A stretch of DNA of 64,000 nt from Thermoanaerobaculia bacterium (GTDB lineage: Bacteria; Acidobacteriota; Thermoanaerobaculia; Multivoradales; Multivoraceae): positions 2,560,001 to 2,624,000 of the forward strand of contig OY762911.1 of assembly GCA_963666565.1 (NCBI GenBank). Reading direction: 5' to 3'. Positions 1 to 12,058 of this stretch are shown piece after piece. Within the stretch, counting starts at the first letter, position 1. Each line of letters starts with the position of its first letter. The translations under genes and the position numbers were made by a program. The notes under the pieces are model-generated. The model had not been told where the DNA came from. It did no database searches and saw only the letters and a list, made by a program, of their open reading frames with translations.

Positions 1-68
1 CTGGCGCCGAAGATCAGGACGACGATCGCAAGGACGATCAGAAGTTCGCCGATTCCGAGGGTGGGCAT
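1..68 (-). CDS. tatA: Twin-arginine translocase TatA/E subunit (5' part; runs off the window edge)
   Basis: Not in the ORF track. Reverse strand from ATG at 68 reads MPTLGIGELLIVLAIVVLIFGA, the typical TatA N-terminal TM helix ending in the FG hinge. Confidence 0.85.
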   Translation of the reverse strand, partial: MPTLGIGELLIVLAIVVLIFGA

Positions 69-207
69 CTTTGGTGCTCCAGGTGGTTGACGGTCTGGAT
101 CTGCGGAGGGACGGCCCGCTCGCTGCGGGGGCCGCCAGCCGAGTCTGCCACACCGCCGCGCCGTTCGCCGCTGGCTGCTAGTGTTCGCCGCTTCGGAGGG
201 ATGCGGA

Positions 208-1059
208 ATGAGCCGTCTGACACGCGACGAGATACGCCGCGACGAGGTGCGGGAGGCCGTCTTCTCGGCTTCCACCTGGTTCGCGGAACACGTTCGAGAG
301 ATTCTGGCCGGCGTCGCCGCCGTCATCGCGGTGGTCGTCGGGATCGTGCTGTTCCTGAACTACCGCGAGGGGCAGGAGAAGGAAGCGAGCTACCGGCTCA
401 GCCGGGCCCTGGAGGTCTACCGGGCGCCGATCGACGAGCCGGCGACGGACGCGATCGACGACCTGTTCGGCACGCCTCCCGACAGCGCTCCCGGCGACGA
501 GGCGCCGGCCGAACCGGAGGCGGCCGGCGCGGGGAGCGCTGACGGCGACGGCAGCGCCGACGACGACCTCAGCTTCGCATCCGAGGCGGAGCGGCGCTCC
601 GCGGCGCGGACGGAACTCGAGGCCGTGTGGGAGAGCTACGGCTCGACCACGTCCGGCAGGCTGGCTTCCGTCTACCTGGGCCGGATCGCGGCGGCGGAGG
701 GGGACACCTCGAAGGCGCGGGAGCTGTGGTCCGGCTATCTCGACTCGGCCGGAAGCGACGATCCGCTGGCCCTCGGCGTCCAACTGAACCTCTACAGCCT
801 GGACCGGGCGGAGGGGCGGGGCGAGGAACTGGCGGCCGAACTGCGAGGCGCCGTGGCGGCCGAATCGTCGCCGCTGCCCAGGGACGCGCTGCTGTTCGAG
901 CTGGCCTCCACGCTCGCCCAGCTTGGCGACGAGGAGGGCGCGCGCGAGACCTTCCAGCGCGTCGTCGACGAGTTCCCCGACAGCGGCTACGCGCTTCGCG
1001 CCCGGCGGCAGCTCGGTCCCGAAGCGGGCGGCGCGGCGCCGTTCACCTTCGGCGGCTAG
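208..1059 (+). CDS. Membrane-anchored TPR-like protein (YfgM-like)
   Basis: ATG at 208 after GGAGG. Single N-terminal TM segment (ILAGVAAVIAVVVGIVLFL) and TPR-like helices ending ...FQRVVDEFPDSGYA. Confidence 0.7.
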   Translation: MSRLTRDEIRRDEVREAVFSASTWFAEHVREILAGVAAVIAVVVGIVLFLNYREGQEKEASYRLSRALEVYRAPIDEPATDAIDDLFGTPPDSAPGDEAPAEPEAAGAGSADGDGSADDDLSFASEAERRSAARTELEAVWESYGSTTSGRLASVYLGRIAAAEGDTSKARELWSGYLDSAGSDDPLALGVQLNLYSLDRAEGRGEELAAELRGAVAAESSPLPRDALLFELASTLAQLGDEEGARETFQRVVDEFPDSGYALRARRQLGPEAGGAAPFTFGG

Positions 1060-1081
1060 GGACCCTTCCGGCCTAGGCCCG

Positions 1082-2347
<1,266 letters not shown>

Positions 2348-2383
2348 CGAAGGCCGAAAACGAGACGAAGGTCGGAAGTGACG

Positions 2384-2440
2384 ATGACCCCGAGCATCAG
2401 GAACGAGGAGACCTGCCGTCTCGCACGGGACCTCCAGGGG
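2384..2440 (+). pseudogene. Possible VapB (Rv0623-like) antitoxin N-terminal remnant
   Basis: MTPSIRNEETCRLARDL resembles the 'LNIKxxETxRLAREL' start of Rv0623-like antitoxins. Similarity ends where it meets the convergent vapC 3' end. Confidence 0.4.
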
Positions 2441-2444
2441 GCGG

Positions 2445-2936
2445 TCAACGGAGTTCGTTCAACTCGTCATCCTTGGCGACCGATGGCCAGCCCACTCGTT
2501 CTCCGGGCGCCACGGCGTGGGGGAGCCGCTGCATGGCCGCGTCGAACGTGTAGACGCCGTCCAGCAGTTCGCCGTCGCTTGCGGCGGCCCGGAGGGCCTT
2601 GAAGACGATCAGCGCGTCGGCGAATCCGACTCGCTTGGCCGATCCCGTCTCGCCGGCCACTCCGTCGCCGCGGTAGGCGTGGAGAGCACGCCACACCACC
2701 TCGTCGTCCTCGAAACGGATGCCCGGCTCGCTGAACAGCCGTTCGAGGACGGCCACGAGTTGAGCCTTCCGCAGTCCGTACTTCCTGCCGGAGAGCGTCC
2801 AGACCGCTTCTGCCAGTACGACGTCGGCGATCAGAATCGTCTCGCCGGCAGCGAAGACTGCGGCTGCGCGAGCCCCCTGCTTCTCGTCGTCCTGGAGCAG
2901 ATAGCGGAGCAGGACGCTCGTGTCGACCGCGATCAA
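2445..2936 (-). CDS. vapC: PIN-domain VapC-family ribonuclease toxin
   Basis: TTG start, then IAVDTSVLLRYL, VLAEAVWTL, GFADALI and YTFD. These are the PIN acidic residues (C-terminal part of ORF 2445..4205). Confidence 0.85.
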   Translation of the reverse strand: MIAVDTSVLLRYLLQDDEKQGARAAAVFAAGETILIADVVLAEAVWTLSGRKYGLRKAQLVAVLERLFSEPGIRFEDDEVVWRALHAYRGDGVAGETGSAKRVGFADALIVFKALRAAASDGELLDGVYTFDAAMQRLPHAVAPGERVGWPSVAKDDELNELR

Positions 2937-3032
2937 GGCCTCGACGCGTCGAGCGCGCTCCGCAGCGACTCCTCGTCGCTCATCGCCGGACCGCCGCTGG
3001 CGGGTGCAAGCCACCCGGCTACACTGCGCCCG

Positions 3033-4355
3033 GTGAAGGCTTCGATTCTCGCGGTCGGCGGCGAACTGCTCGGAACGGACCGGCTCGATACGAACTCGCT
3101 GACGCTGACGGAGGTGTTGAGGCGGCGGGGAGTCGACCTCGTCTCGAAGGCCGTCGTCGGCGACGACCCGGTCGAGATCGCGGAGACGCTGGAGGCGCTG
3201 CGGGAGCGGGCGGAGCTGCTGCTCGTGACCGGCGGCCTGGGGCCGACGCGGGACGATCTGACGCGGGACGGCGTTGCCCGGCTGCTGGGCCGGTCCGTCG
3301 CCGTCGACGAAGCGCTGTGGGACCGGATCGAGCGCGGATTCCGCAAGCTCGGGCGGCGCATTCCGCGCGTCAATCGCAAGCAGGCGGAGCGGGTCGACGG
3401 CGCCGAGATGCTGCCGAACCGCGCCGGCGTCGCGCCGGGGCAGCGGATCGAGGACTCGACCCCGGCGCCGCGCGGCACGACGTACTTCCTGTTTCCCGGC
3501 GTGCCGCGGGAGCTTCAAGCCCTCGTCGAGGACGCGCTCGATCCGTGGCTGGCGGCGCGGGCGGAGGACGGCGCCGGCTTCGACCAGGTCGAGGTGCGGG
3601 TCGCGTGCCTGCCGGAGTCGGTCGTCGAGGAGCGGATCGCGCCGGTCTACGAGCGCTTCGGCGACGCGGACGTGTCCGTGCTGGCGCGGCCGGGCGAGAT
3701 CCGGCTGCGGCTGCGCGCCGGCGGGCCCGTCGCGGGGCGGGCGCCGCGGCTCGCGGAGATGGAAGCGGGAGTTCGGGAGGCCCTCGGCGAGGCGGTGTTC
3801 TACGTGGGGCCGATCGAGGACGGCATCGAGTTCGAGGCGGCGGTCGGCGGCCTGCTGGCGGAGCGCGGCGAGACGGTCGCGGTCGCCGAGTCCTGCACTG
3901 GCGGCCAGCTCGGCCAGCGGTTCACGGCGACCGCCGGCAGCAGCGCCTGGTTCGTCGGCGGCCTGCTGACCTACTCGAACAAGCTGAAGATGCGCCTGCT
4001 TGGCGTGCCGCGGGAGACCCTGACGGAACACGGCGCCGTCTCGGGCCCGACCGCGCTGGCGATGGCCGCGGGCGCCCGGGAGCGCTGCGGCAGCGACTAC
4101 GGCGTCGGCATCACCGGCGTCGCGGGTCCGGGCGGCGGCACCGACGAGCGGCCGGTTGGCACGGTCCACATCGCCGTGGCCGGACCGGCGGACTCGCGCT
4201 CGCATTTCGAGGCCCGGTTCCCCGGCGACCGTGCGCGCGTGCGGCAGCTCTCGACCCAGTTCGCGCTTGAGATGCTGCGGCGGATGCTGCTGTCCGGAGC
4301 AGGACCGGCCGACGCCCTGCCCTGGGCGGCGCCGTCGCGGATGGGTCCGCCGTGA
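3033..4355 (+). CDS. cinA: CinA-family competence/damage-inducible protein (MoCF-like + NMN deamidase domains)
   Basis: AVGGELLG..DTNS, GGLGPTRDDLTR, AESCTGG, GAVS and GITGVAGPGGGT motifs. Confidence 0.93.
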   Translation: MKASILAVGGELLGTDRLDTNSLTLTEVLRRRGVDLVSKAVVGDDPVEIAETLEALRERAELLLVTGGLGPTRDDLTRDGVARLLGRSVAVDEALWDRIERGFRKLGRRIPRVNRKQAERVDGAEMLPNRAGVAPGQRIEDSTPAPRGTTYFLFPGVPRELQALVEDALDPWLAARAEDGAGFDQVEVRVACLPESVVEERIAPVYERFGDADVSVLARPGEIRLRLRAGGPVAGRAPRLAEMEAGVREALGEAVFYVGPIEDGIEFEAAVGGLLAERGETVAVAESCTGGQLGQRFTATAGSSAWFVGGLLTYSNKLKMRLLGVPRETLTEHGAVSGPTALAMAAGARERCGSDYGVGITGVAGPGGGTDERPVGTVHIAVAGPADSRSHFEARFPGDRARVRQLSTQFALEMLRRMLLSGAGPADALPWAAPSRMGPP

Positions 4356-5023
4356 CGGCAGCCGGCCCGGTTGCGGTCGTCGCGGCCTACCTTCTCGGCT
4401 CGGCGCCGTTCAGCTATCTGGTCGTCCGCGTCCACCGCGGCATCGACGTGCGCACGATCGGAAGCCGCAGCGCCGGCGCCACGAACGTGCTCCGCGCGTC
4501 GGGCAGGTGGGCGGCTCTCCTCGCCCTGCTGCTCGACGCGGCGAAGGGCAGCGCGGCGGTCGTTGCGGCCCGCGCCCTCGACGCCGGGCCCTGGTGGCTC
4601 GCGGCCGCTGCGGTGGCGGCCGTCGTGGGCCACATGTTCCCGCTGTTCCTCGCCTTCCGGGGCGGCAAGGGCGTAGCGACGGCCGCCGGCGTCCTGGCGC
4701 TGCTGCTGCCCTGGGCCGGGCTCGGCGCGCTGGCCGTGTTCGTCGTGCTGGTGGCGTGGAAGCGCTATGTCTCGCTGGGCTCGATCGCGGCGGCGGCGTC
4801 CCTGCCGGTGCTGACGGCGGCTCGCTGGTGGAGCGGCGCGTTCACGGACGCGGACGGTGCGGATCACGGCTTGGCCCTGCTGGCCGGCGTTTCCGCCATC
4901 GCCGTCCTCGTCATCGTCAAGCACCGGACCAACCTGGCGCGGCTGCGGGCGGGCACGGAGTCGCGGCTGGGTGCCGAGTCGCAGCAGGATCCGGAGGCGC
5001 CCGCGCCGGAGGCCTCCGGTTGA
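4352..5023 (+). CDS. plsY: Glycerol-3-phosphate acyltransferase PlsY
   Basis: YLLGSAPF, GSRSAGATNVLR, GHMFPLFLAFRGGKGVAT, HRTNLARL. Confidence 0.93.
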   Translation: MTAAGPVAVVAAYLLGSAPFSYLVVRVHRGIDVRTIGSRSAGATNVLRASGRWAALLALLLDAAKGSAAVVAARALDAGPWWLAAAAVAAVVGHMFPLFLAFRGGKGVATAAGVLALLLPWAGLGALAVFVVLVAWKRYVSLGSIAAAASLPVLTAARWWSGAFTDADGADHGLALLAGVSAIAVLVIVKHRTNLARLRAGTESRLGAESQQDPEAPAPEASG

Positions 5024-6081
5024 CCGGCGCGGGATCCGGCGGCGGCATCGCCGTGCTCGGCGCCGGCGCCTGGGGTACCGCGCTCGCCGTTCACGCGGCG
5101 CGGGCGGGTACGCCGGCGCTGCTCTGGGCGCGCTCCGCCGAGTTCGGCGCCAGGCTGGCTTCCGAGCGGGTGAACGGGCGCTACCTGCCGGGCGTCGAAC
5201 TGCCCGCGGACGTTCGCGTCACCTGGGACCTTCGGCAGGCCGCCGCCAGCGGAACGGTGCTGGTGGTCGTTCCTTCCCACGGCTTCCGGGCCGTCGTCCG
5301 CGCCTTCCTCGACGCCCGAGCCGGCCTGGGCGCCGGCGCTCCGCTGCCCAAGCGGGTGACCCTGGTCTCCGGCGCCAAGGGGATCGAGTCGGACCGCCAG
5401 GGCGGTTTCCGGCGGATGGGCGACGTCTGCGCGGAGGAGGCCTCGGCCGCCGGCGCGGACATCGACTTCGCGACGATCAGCGGCCCGTCGTTCGCCGCGG
5501 AACTCGCCGCCGAGGCGCCGACCGCCTGCGTCGTGGCCTCGGAAGCGGCCGAGGTCGCGGAGCGGTTGCAGGCCGCGCTCTCGCACGAGGCGTTGCGGCT
5601 CTACACGTCGACCGACGTGGTCGGAGTCGAGATCGCCGGTGCGGCGAAGAACGTGATCGCGATCGCCGCCGGGGTGCTGGACGGCCTCGGCTACGGCTCG
5701 AACACGCGCGCGGCGCTCATCACCCGCGGCCTGCACGAGATGATGCGCCTGGGCCTCGCCTGCGGCGGCCGGCCGGCGACCTTCGCCGGGCTTGCCGGTC
5801 TGGGCGACCTGGTGCTGACCTGCACCGGCGGCCTCTCGCGCAACCGGAACACGGGGATGGAGCTGGGGCGCGGCCGCACCCTGGAGGAGATCGAGACGGA
5901 CCGGGCGGGAGTCGCCGAAGGCGTCCGCAACTCGCTCGCCCTGCTCGAACTGGCGGCCGAGAAGGAGGTCGAGTTGCCGATCACGGAACAGATGGTCGAG
6001 ATCCTCTATCGCGGCAAGAAACCGGCGGCGGCGATTCGCGATCTGATGGGTCGGGAACTCAAGGTAGAGTCCGCCCTGTAG
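5020..6081 (+). CDS. gpsA: NAD(P)H-dependent glycerol-3-phosphate dehydrogenase
   Basis: GAGAWGTALA, SGPSFAAE, KNVIAIA, GLGDLVLTC..SRN. TTG start overlaps the plsY stop. Confidence 0.93.
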   Translation: MTGAGSGGGIAVLGAGAWGTALAVHAARAGTPALLWARSAEFGARLASERVNGRYLPGVELPADVRVTWDLRQAAASGTVLVVVPSHGFRAVVRAFLDARAGLGAGAPLPKRVTLVSGAKGIESDRQGGFRRMGDVCAEEASAAGADIDFATISGPSFAAELAAEAPTACVVASEAAEVAERLQAALSHEALRLYTSTDVVGVEIAGAAKNVIAIAAGVLDGLGYGSNTRAALITRGLHEMMRLGLACGGRPATFAGLAGLGDLVLTCTGGLSRNRNTGMELGRGRTLEEIETDRAGVAEGVRNSLALLELAAEKEVELPITEQMVEILYRGKKPAAAIRDLMGRELKVESAL

Positions 6082-6163
6082 TGGTCCGCAACCGGTCAGT
6101 CTCCGGCGCGTTCTCCGGTCCTTTACGGCGCCGGATTCGGGAACCGCGGGTCGCTTTCGCCCC

Positions 6164-7729
<1,566 letters not shown>

Positions 7730-7848
7730 GCCGGGCCGCGTAACCGCCGTCCGCGCGCCGGATCGCGGCCAGGAGCCTGCGGGGCAGAAGCGGCGTGCGC
7801 CGGCGTTCCCGCCGGCATCCGGCGCGAGGCGCCGGCTAGGATCGACCC

Positions 7849-8649
7849 ATGATCTCGGAGCTGTTCAGTATCGGGCCGCTGTCGGTCTCGCCCTTCGGCG
7901 TCATGCTCGTCGCGGCGCTGTTCGCGGCCAGTCTGCAGTTGCGCTGGGGGCTCCGCCAGACGGGGTGGAGCCCGGCGAGTGCCGCGGACGACGCGGCGGC
8001 CCTGTTGCTGGCGGGCGCCCTGGGCGGCATCGTCGGCGGCAAGGCCTACTACGCCCTGCTCTACGGCGACTGGCGCCTGCTCTACAGCCGCGCCGGGCTG
8101 GTCTGGTACGGCGGCTTCCTGGTTGGCGCGGCGGCGGTGCTGTTCGTCATGCGGCGCCGCCGGATGCCGGCCTGGCGGGCGGCCGACGCGACGGCGCCCG
8201 CCCTGGCGCTGGGCTACGGCGTGGGCCGCATCGGTTGCCTGCTGGTCGGCGACGACTACGGCGTGCCGACCGATCTGCCCTGGGGAATGACGTTCCCCGA
8301 GGGCCCCATTCCGACGGTGGCGAGCGCCCTGGAGCGGGAGTTCGGGGTCGTGTTGCCGCCGGACACGGCCGCCGACGCCCTGGTTCCGGTGCATCCCACC
8401 CAGATCTACGAGACGGTCGCCGCGCTGCTCATCTTCTGGTTCGGCAGGTCGCTGCTCGCGCGCGGGACGGCGCCGGGCGGCGTGGCGCTCCCGATCGTCG
8501 GGCTGCTGTCGCTGGAGCGCTTCCTGGTCGAGTTCCTGCGCGCCAAGGACGACCGGTTCTTCGGCGCCCTGACGCTGGCGCAGGCGATCGCGGCCGCGAT
8601 CCTGCTCCTCGTCGCTTCGCTATGGCTGCGCCGCCGCCGCGCGTCCTGA
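7849..8649 (+). CDS. lgt: Prolipoprotein diacylglyceryl transferase
   Basis: GLVWYGG, GRIGCLLVGDDYG, HPTQIYE, RFLVEFLR and multiple TM segments. Confidence 0.92.
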   Translation: MISELFSIGPLSVSPFGVMLVAALFAASLQLRWGLRQTGWSPASAADDAAALLLAGALGGIVGGKAYYALLYGDWRLLYSRAGLVWYGGFLVGAAAVLFVMRRRRMPAWRAADATAPALALGYGVGRIGCLLVGDDYGVPTDLPWGMTFPEGPIPTVASALEREFGVVLPPDTAADALVPVHPTQIYETVAALLIFWFGRSLLARGTAPGGVALPIVGLLSLERFLVEFLRAKDDRFFGALTLAQAIAAAILLLVASLWLRRRRAS

Positions 8650-9464
8650 CGATCGCCGGTTCCGACTCCGGCGGCTGCTCGGGGGCGCCGGCGGACCTGA
8701 GGACCTTCGCGGCCTACGGGGTTCACGGGTTGTGCGCCCTGACCGCGGTCACCGCGCAGTCCGCCGCGGAGGTGCTCGCGGTCGAACCGCTGGGACCCGA
8801 GCTCGTGCTCGGGCAGCTCGAGGCGGCCGAGGAGATCGGCATCGACGCGATCAAGATCGGCATGCTCGCGGACGCCGCGACCGTCGAGGCGGTGGCCGAC
8901 TGGCTGGAGCGGCTGCCGCCGACGCCCGCCGTGCTCGACCCGGTCTTCCGATCGACCTCCGGAACGGCGCTGCTCGACGCCGAGGCGGTGCCCGTGCTGG
9001 TGGAACGGCTGCTTCCGCAGCTCCTGCTGGTGACGCCGAACCTGTTCGAGGCGGAGCGCCTGAGCGGAGCGAAGATCGCTTCTCTGCAGGAGGCCCGCGA
9101 CGCGGCGCGGCGGATCGAGCGGATGGGCCCCGGCGTTCTGGTCACCGGCGGGCACGGCTTCGCGGCCGCGGCGTCCTCGTCGAACGGCGGCGCCAGCGGC
9201 GGCGAAGTGACCGACCTCCTGTTCGACGGCAACCGCTTCGAGGCGTTCGTCCATCCGAGGATCCGGACGCCGTGGCGGCGGGGCACCGGTTGCACCCTCT
9301 CGGCCGCGGTCGCCGCCGGCCTGGGGTGGCACATGCCGCTGCGCGAGGCGGTGAAGCGGGCGGTCGCCTTCGTCGAGCGCGCGTTGCGGGGTTCCTATCC
9401 GCTGGGACGGAGCGGCGGGCAGGGCGCGCTCGACCCGATGGCGGGCCGTCGCGGCCGCCGGTGA
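8622..9464 (+). CDS. thiD: Hydroxymethylpyrimidine/phosphomethylpyrimidine kinase
   Basis: VLTIAGSDSGG, TAVTAQ, IKIGML, DPV, TPNLFEA, GTGCTLSAA. Confidence 0.92.
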   Translation: MAAPPPRVLTIAGSDSGGCSGAPADLRTFAAYGVHGLCALTAVTAQSAAEVLAVEPLGPELVLGQLEAAEEIGIDAIKIGMLADAATVEAVADWLERLPPTPAVLDPVFRSTSGTALLDAEAVPVLVERLLPQLLLVTPNLFEAERLSGAKIASLQEARDAARRIERMGPGVLVTGGHGFAAAASSSNGGASGGEVTDLLFDGNRFEAFVHPRIRTPWRRGTGCTLSAAVAAGLGWHMPLREAVKRAVAFVERALRGSYPLGRSGGQGALDPMAGRRGRR

Positions 9465-9519
9465 GGCCGGGCTGCCGGAATGCGGCGGGCGGCGCCGGCG
9501 TTGCGCGGGGGCAGTCCCC

Positions 9520-9525
9520 TATAAT
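9520..9525 (+). promoter_or_regulatory. Consensus -10 box (TATAAT) 9 nt upstream of the VWA gene start
   Basis: Perfect TATAAT in a very GC-rich context, with no Shine-Dalgarno before ATG 9535. Confidence 0.6.
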
Positions 9526-9534
9526 CGACTGCCG

Positions 9535-11307
9535 ATGACCCGATCGCCCTCAGTTCGACCGTCCGTCCTCGCCCTGGCGCTGCTCGCCGGGTCGGTGTCG
9601 ACCGTGCCGGTCCCGGTTGCCGCCCAGGAGACATCCTCCCAGACGCCGCGGGCCGCCTTCGAGGACGCGGTCCACGTCAAGGTGATCAACGTCCAGGTCT
9701 TCGTCCGCGACCGGGAGGGGAATCCCGTGGCCGGCCTGACGAAGGACGACTTCGTCCTCATGGAGGAGAAGCGTCCGGTACCGATCACGAACTTCTACGA
9801 GGTCCACGAGCGGGTCAAGGTGGGCGCGGTCGCCGGCCTGGTACCCGACGAGCCGGAGGTCCACATCATCGACAGGCCCGGCCTCGCTCGCCGGAGCTAC
9901 GTCGTGCCGGAGGACGAGCGGCTGAACCTGGTCGTCTACGTCGACCACCACAACATCCGCCCCCAGAACCGGAACAGGTTCTTCCGCTATGTCCGGGAGT
10001 TCCTGCGCCAGCACGTCACCCGCGACGATCGCGTCATGCTGCTGACCTTCAACCGGTCGGTCAAGGTGGAGCGCGAGTTCACGAGCGATCCGCAGTTGAT
10101 CGCGAACGCCCTCTACGACCTGGAGAAGCACACCGGCGGCCGGACGATGTGGGACTCGGACCGCGCCGACCTGATCCGCGACATCGGCGAGGAGGACCGG
10201 GACTACTACTTCGTCCAGGGGCGGGTGCGGATCTACTCGCAGCAGATCTACAACGACATGCAGTTCACGCTCGACGGGCTGAAGGACAGCGTGATTTCGC
10301 TCGCGGGCCTGCCGGGCCGCAAGGCCTTTCTCTACGTCTCGGACGGGCTGCCGATGCGGGCCGGCGCGGACATGTGGGAGGCGCTCGACCAGCGCGGCCG
10401 CTCGGTCGACTCGATCGAGTACAACCAGAACTTCTTCCTGGATTCGCTCCAGTACGACTCGAGCCGGCGCTTCACCGACCTCGTCGACACGGCGAACGCG
10501 AACGAGGTGTCGTTCTACACGGTCGACGCATCGGGGCCGATGGGCATCAACTCGCGCGACGCCTCGATGCAGGGCATGGCGTTCTCGTCGAACATCGACT
10601 CGGTCGCCCGGGACAACATGCACTCGTCCGTCATGTACATGGCGGAGGAGACCGGCGGCCAGTACATCGTCAACACGAACAACTTCCGCGACGGCCTGAA
10701 CCGGATCGCCCTGGACTTCGCCAGCTACTACTCGCTCGGCTTCCAGCCCGGCCACGCGGGGACGGGCCGCAGGTACCGGATCAAGGTCGAGCTCACGGAG
10801 GAGGCGAAGGAGCGGCTGGGCCTCAAGCGCGACCGCTTCGTCCGGCACCGGCTGAGCTATCGCGACAAGTCGGTCGACACGGAGATGACCGAGGGAACCC
10901 TGGCGGCGCTCAAGCTCGGCTACGAGAAGAACGACCTCGACATCAAGCTGATCAAGTCGGACGAGATCCGCCGCGAAGAGCGGGGGCTCTACACGGTCCA
11001 CCTCGACGTCCAGGTGCCGATCGGCGAGATGACCCTGGTACCGGTGGGGACCGAGGGCGAGCACCTCCTGCGCGCCCGCATCTGGGTGCAGGCCCTGGCT
11101 TCGAACGGCGACATCTCGCCGCCCCAGGTGGAGCCCTTCGAGCTGACGATTCCGGCGAAGGACCTGGACCGCGCGATGGAGAGCTTCTACACGTACACCC
11201 TGCCGCTGATCATGAAGGAGGGCGACCAACGCCTGACGGTGGCGGTGCGGGACGAAGTGGCCGGCCAGACCTCCTTCGTCACCCGGACCCTGCGTGTCGG
11301 CGCCTGA
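9535..11307 (+). CDS. Secreted VWA-domain protein (Acidobacterial VWFA-related family)
   Basis: Signal peptide, V(N)VQVFVRDREGNPVAGLTKDDF, GRKAFLYVSDG, AEETGG, YYSLGF. Confidence 0.85.
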   Translation: MTRSPSVRPSVLALALLAGSVSTVPVPVAAQETSSQTPRAAFEDAVHVKVINVQVFVRDREGNPVAGLTKDDFVLMEEKRPVPITNFYEVHERVKVGAVAGLVPDEPEVHIIDRPGLARRSYVVPEDERLNLVVYVDHHNIRPQNRNRFFRYVREFLRQHVTRDDRVMLLTFNRSVKVEREFTSDPQLIANALYDLEKHTGGRTMWDSDRADLIRDIGEEDRDYYFVQGRVRIYSQQIYNDMQFTLDGLKDSVISLAGLPGRKAFLYVSDGLPMRAGADMWEALDQRGRSVDSIEYNQNFFLDSLQYDSSRRFTDLVDTANANEVSFYTVDASGPMGINSRDASMQGMAFSSNIDSVARDNMHSSVMYMAEETGGQYIVNTNNFRDGLNRIALDFASYYSLGFQPGHAGTGRRYRIKVELTEEAKERLGLKRDRFVRHRLSYRDKSVDTEMTEGTLAALKLGYEKNDLDIKLIKSDEIRREERGLYTVHLDVQVPIGEMTLVPVGTEGEHLLRARIWVQALASNGDISPPQVEPFELTIPAKDLDRAMESFYTYTLPLIMKEGDQRLTVAVRDEVAGQTSFVTRTLRVGA

Positions 11308-11369
11308 CCGGCGCGCGAGCGTTCCCCGGCGATGAAGCCGGACGCGGCCGTTCCGAGGTCCCGCCGCCC

Positions 11370-11840
11370 ATGACCAACAAGATCGTCGAGGCCGTCGCAA
11401 CCCTCAGCGGACTGGGAGGCGCGCTGGCGCGGTCGGCGACGGCGCTGCTGGAGGCGGAGATCGAGCAGCTTCGCTTCGACCTGGCGCGGAACTGGGCACG
11501 CCTCGTCCGGCTCGTTCTGATCGCGGCCTTCGCCTTCGGCGTCGTATTCTGGGCGCTCGGCGCCCTGCTGTTCGCGGCGGGGGCCGGTCTGGCGACCGTG
11601 CTTCCGGCGTGGGCGGCGGCGCTGGCGGTGGCCGGCGGCCTCCTGGCGCTGGCGCTCGTCCTGCTGCTGGCGGTGCGGGCGCGGTTCCGCCGCCTCGAGT
11701 CGCCGGTGGGAACCGTCAAGCGGCGCGTCGGCAGCCACCTGGCGTTCTGGCGCGGAGTCCTGGACGACGCGGCCGGCCGGGACGGAGAAGGCGGCGAGGC
11801 GGGCGAGGCCGCCGACGACTCGCCGGGAGGGGCGCCGTGA
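11370..11840 (+). CDS. Phage-holin-family/YqjE-like membrane protein
   Basis: Amphipathic N-terminus (LLEAEIEQLRFDL) followed by two TM helices. Confidence 0.6.
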   Translation: MTNKIVEAVATLSGLGGALARSATALLEAEIEQLRFDLARNWARLVRLVLIAAFAFGVVFWALGALLFAAGAGLATVLPAWAAALAVAGGLLALALVLLLAVRARFRRLESPVGTVKRRVGSHLAFWRGVLDDAAGRDGEGGEAGEAADDSPGGAP

Positions 11841-12058
11841 GCCGGCGGTCCGAGGCCTTGGCGCGGGCGGCGGCGCTGGCGCGCCGGCGGGACGACGTCC
11901 GCGAGGCGGTGGCGGAGATGAGAGGCGCCCTCGACCGGGCGGGCGGCTCTCGTCTGGCGGCGTTTCCCGTCAAGGGCGGGGCCTGGATCCTGCCGCTCGC
12001 GGCCGGCGCACTCGGCATCGCCATCGCGTGGTCGCTGCGGCGACGCCGGAGAAGGTGA
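11837..12058 (+). CDS. Small hypothetical membrane-anchored protein (YqjK-like position)
   Basis: GTGA overlap with the upstream gene. C-terminal TM helix followed by an Arg-rich tail. Confidence 0.55.
   Translation: MSRRSEALARAAALARRRDDVREAVAEMRGALDRAGGSRLAAFPVKGGAWILPLAAGALGIAIAWSLRRRRRR

Noticed and set aside
7965-9464. Apparent long ORFs or fusions created by upstream extensions (thiD; likewise cinA, gpsA, tsaE, nth, PQQ and sialidase ORFs)
   Set aside because: The extensions overlap real upstream genes in another frame. Starts were reassigned to where family motifs begin.
11370-11840. Holin-family gene as evidence of a prophage
   Set aside because: This YqjE-like family is commonly chromosomal, and it sits in a housekeeping operon without endolysin or phage genes.
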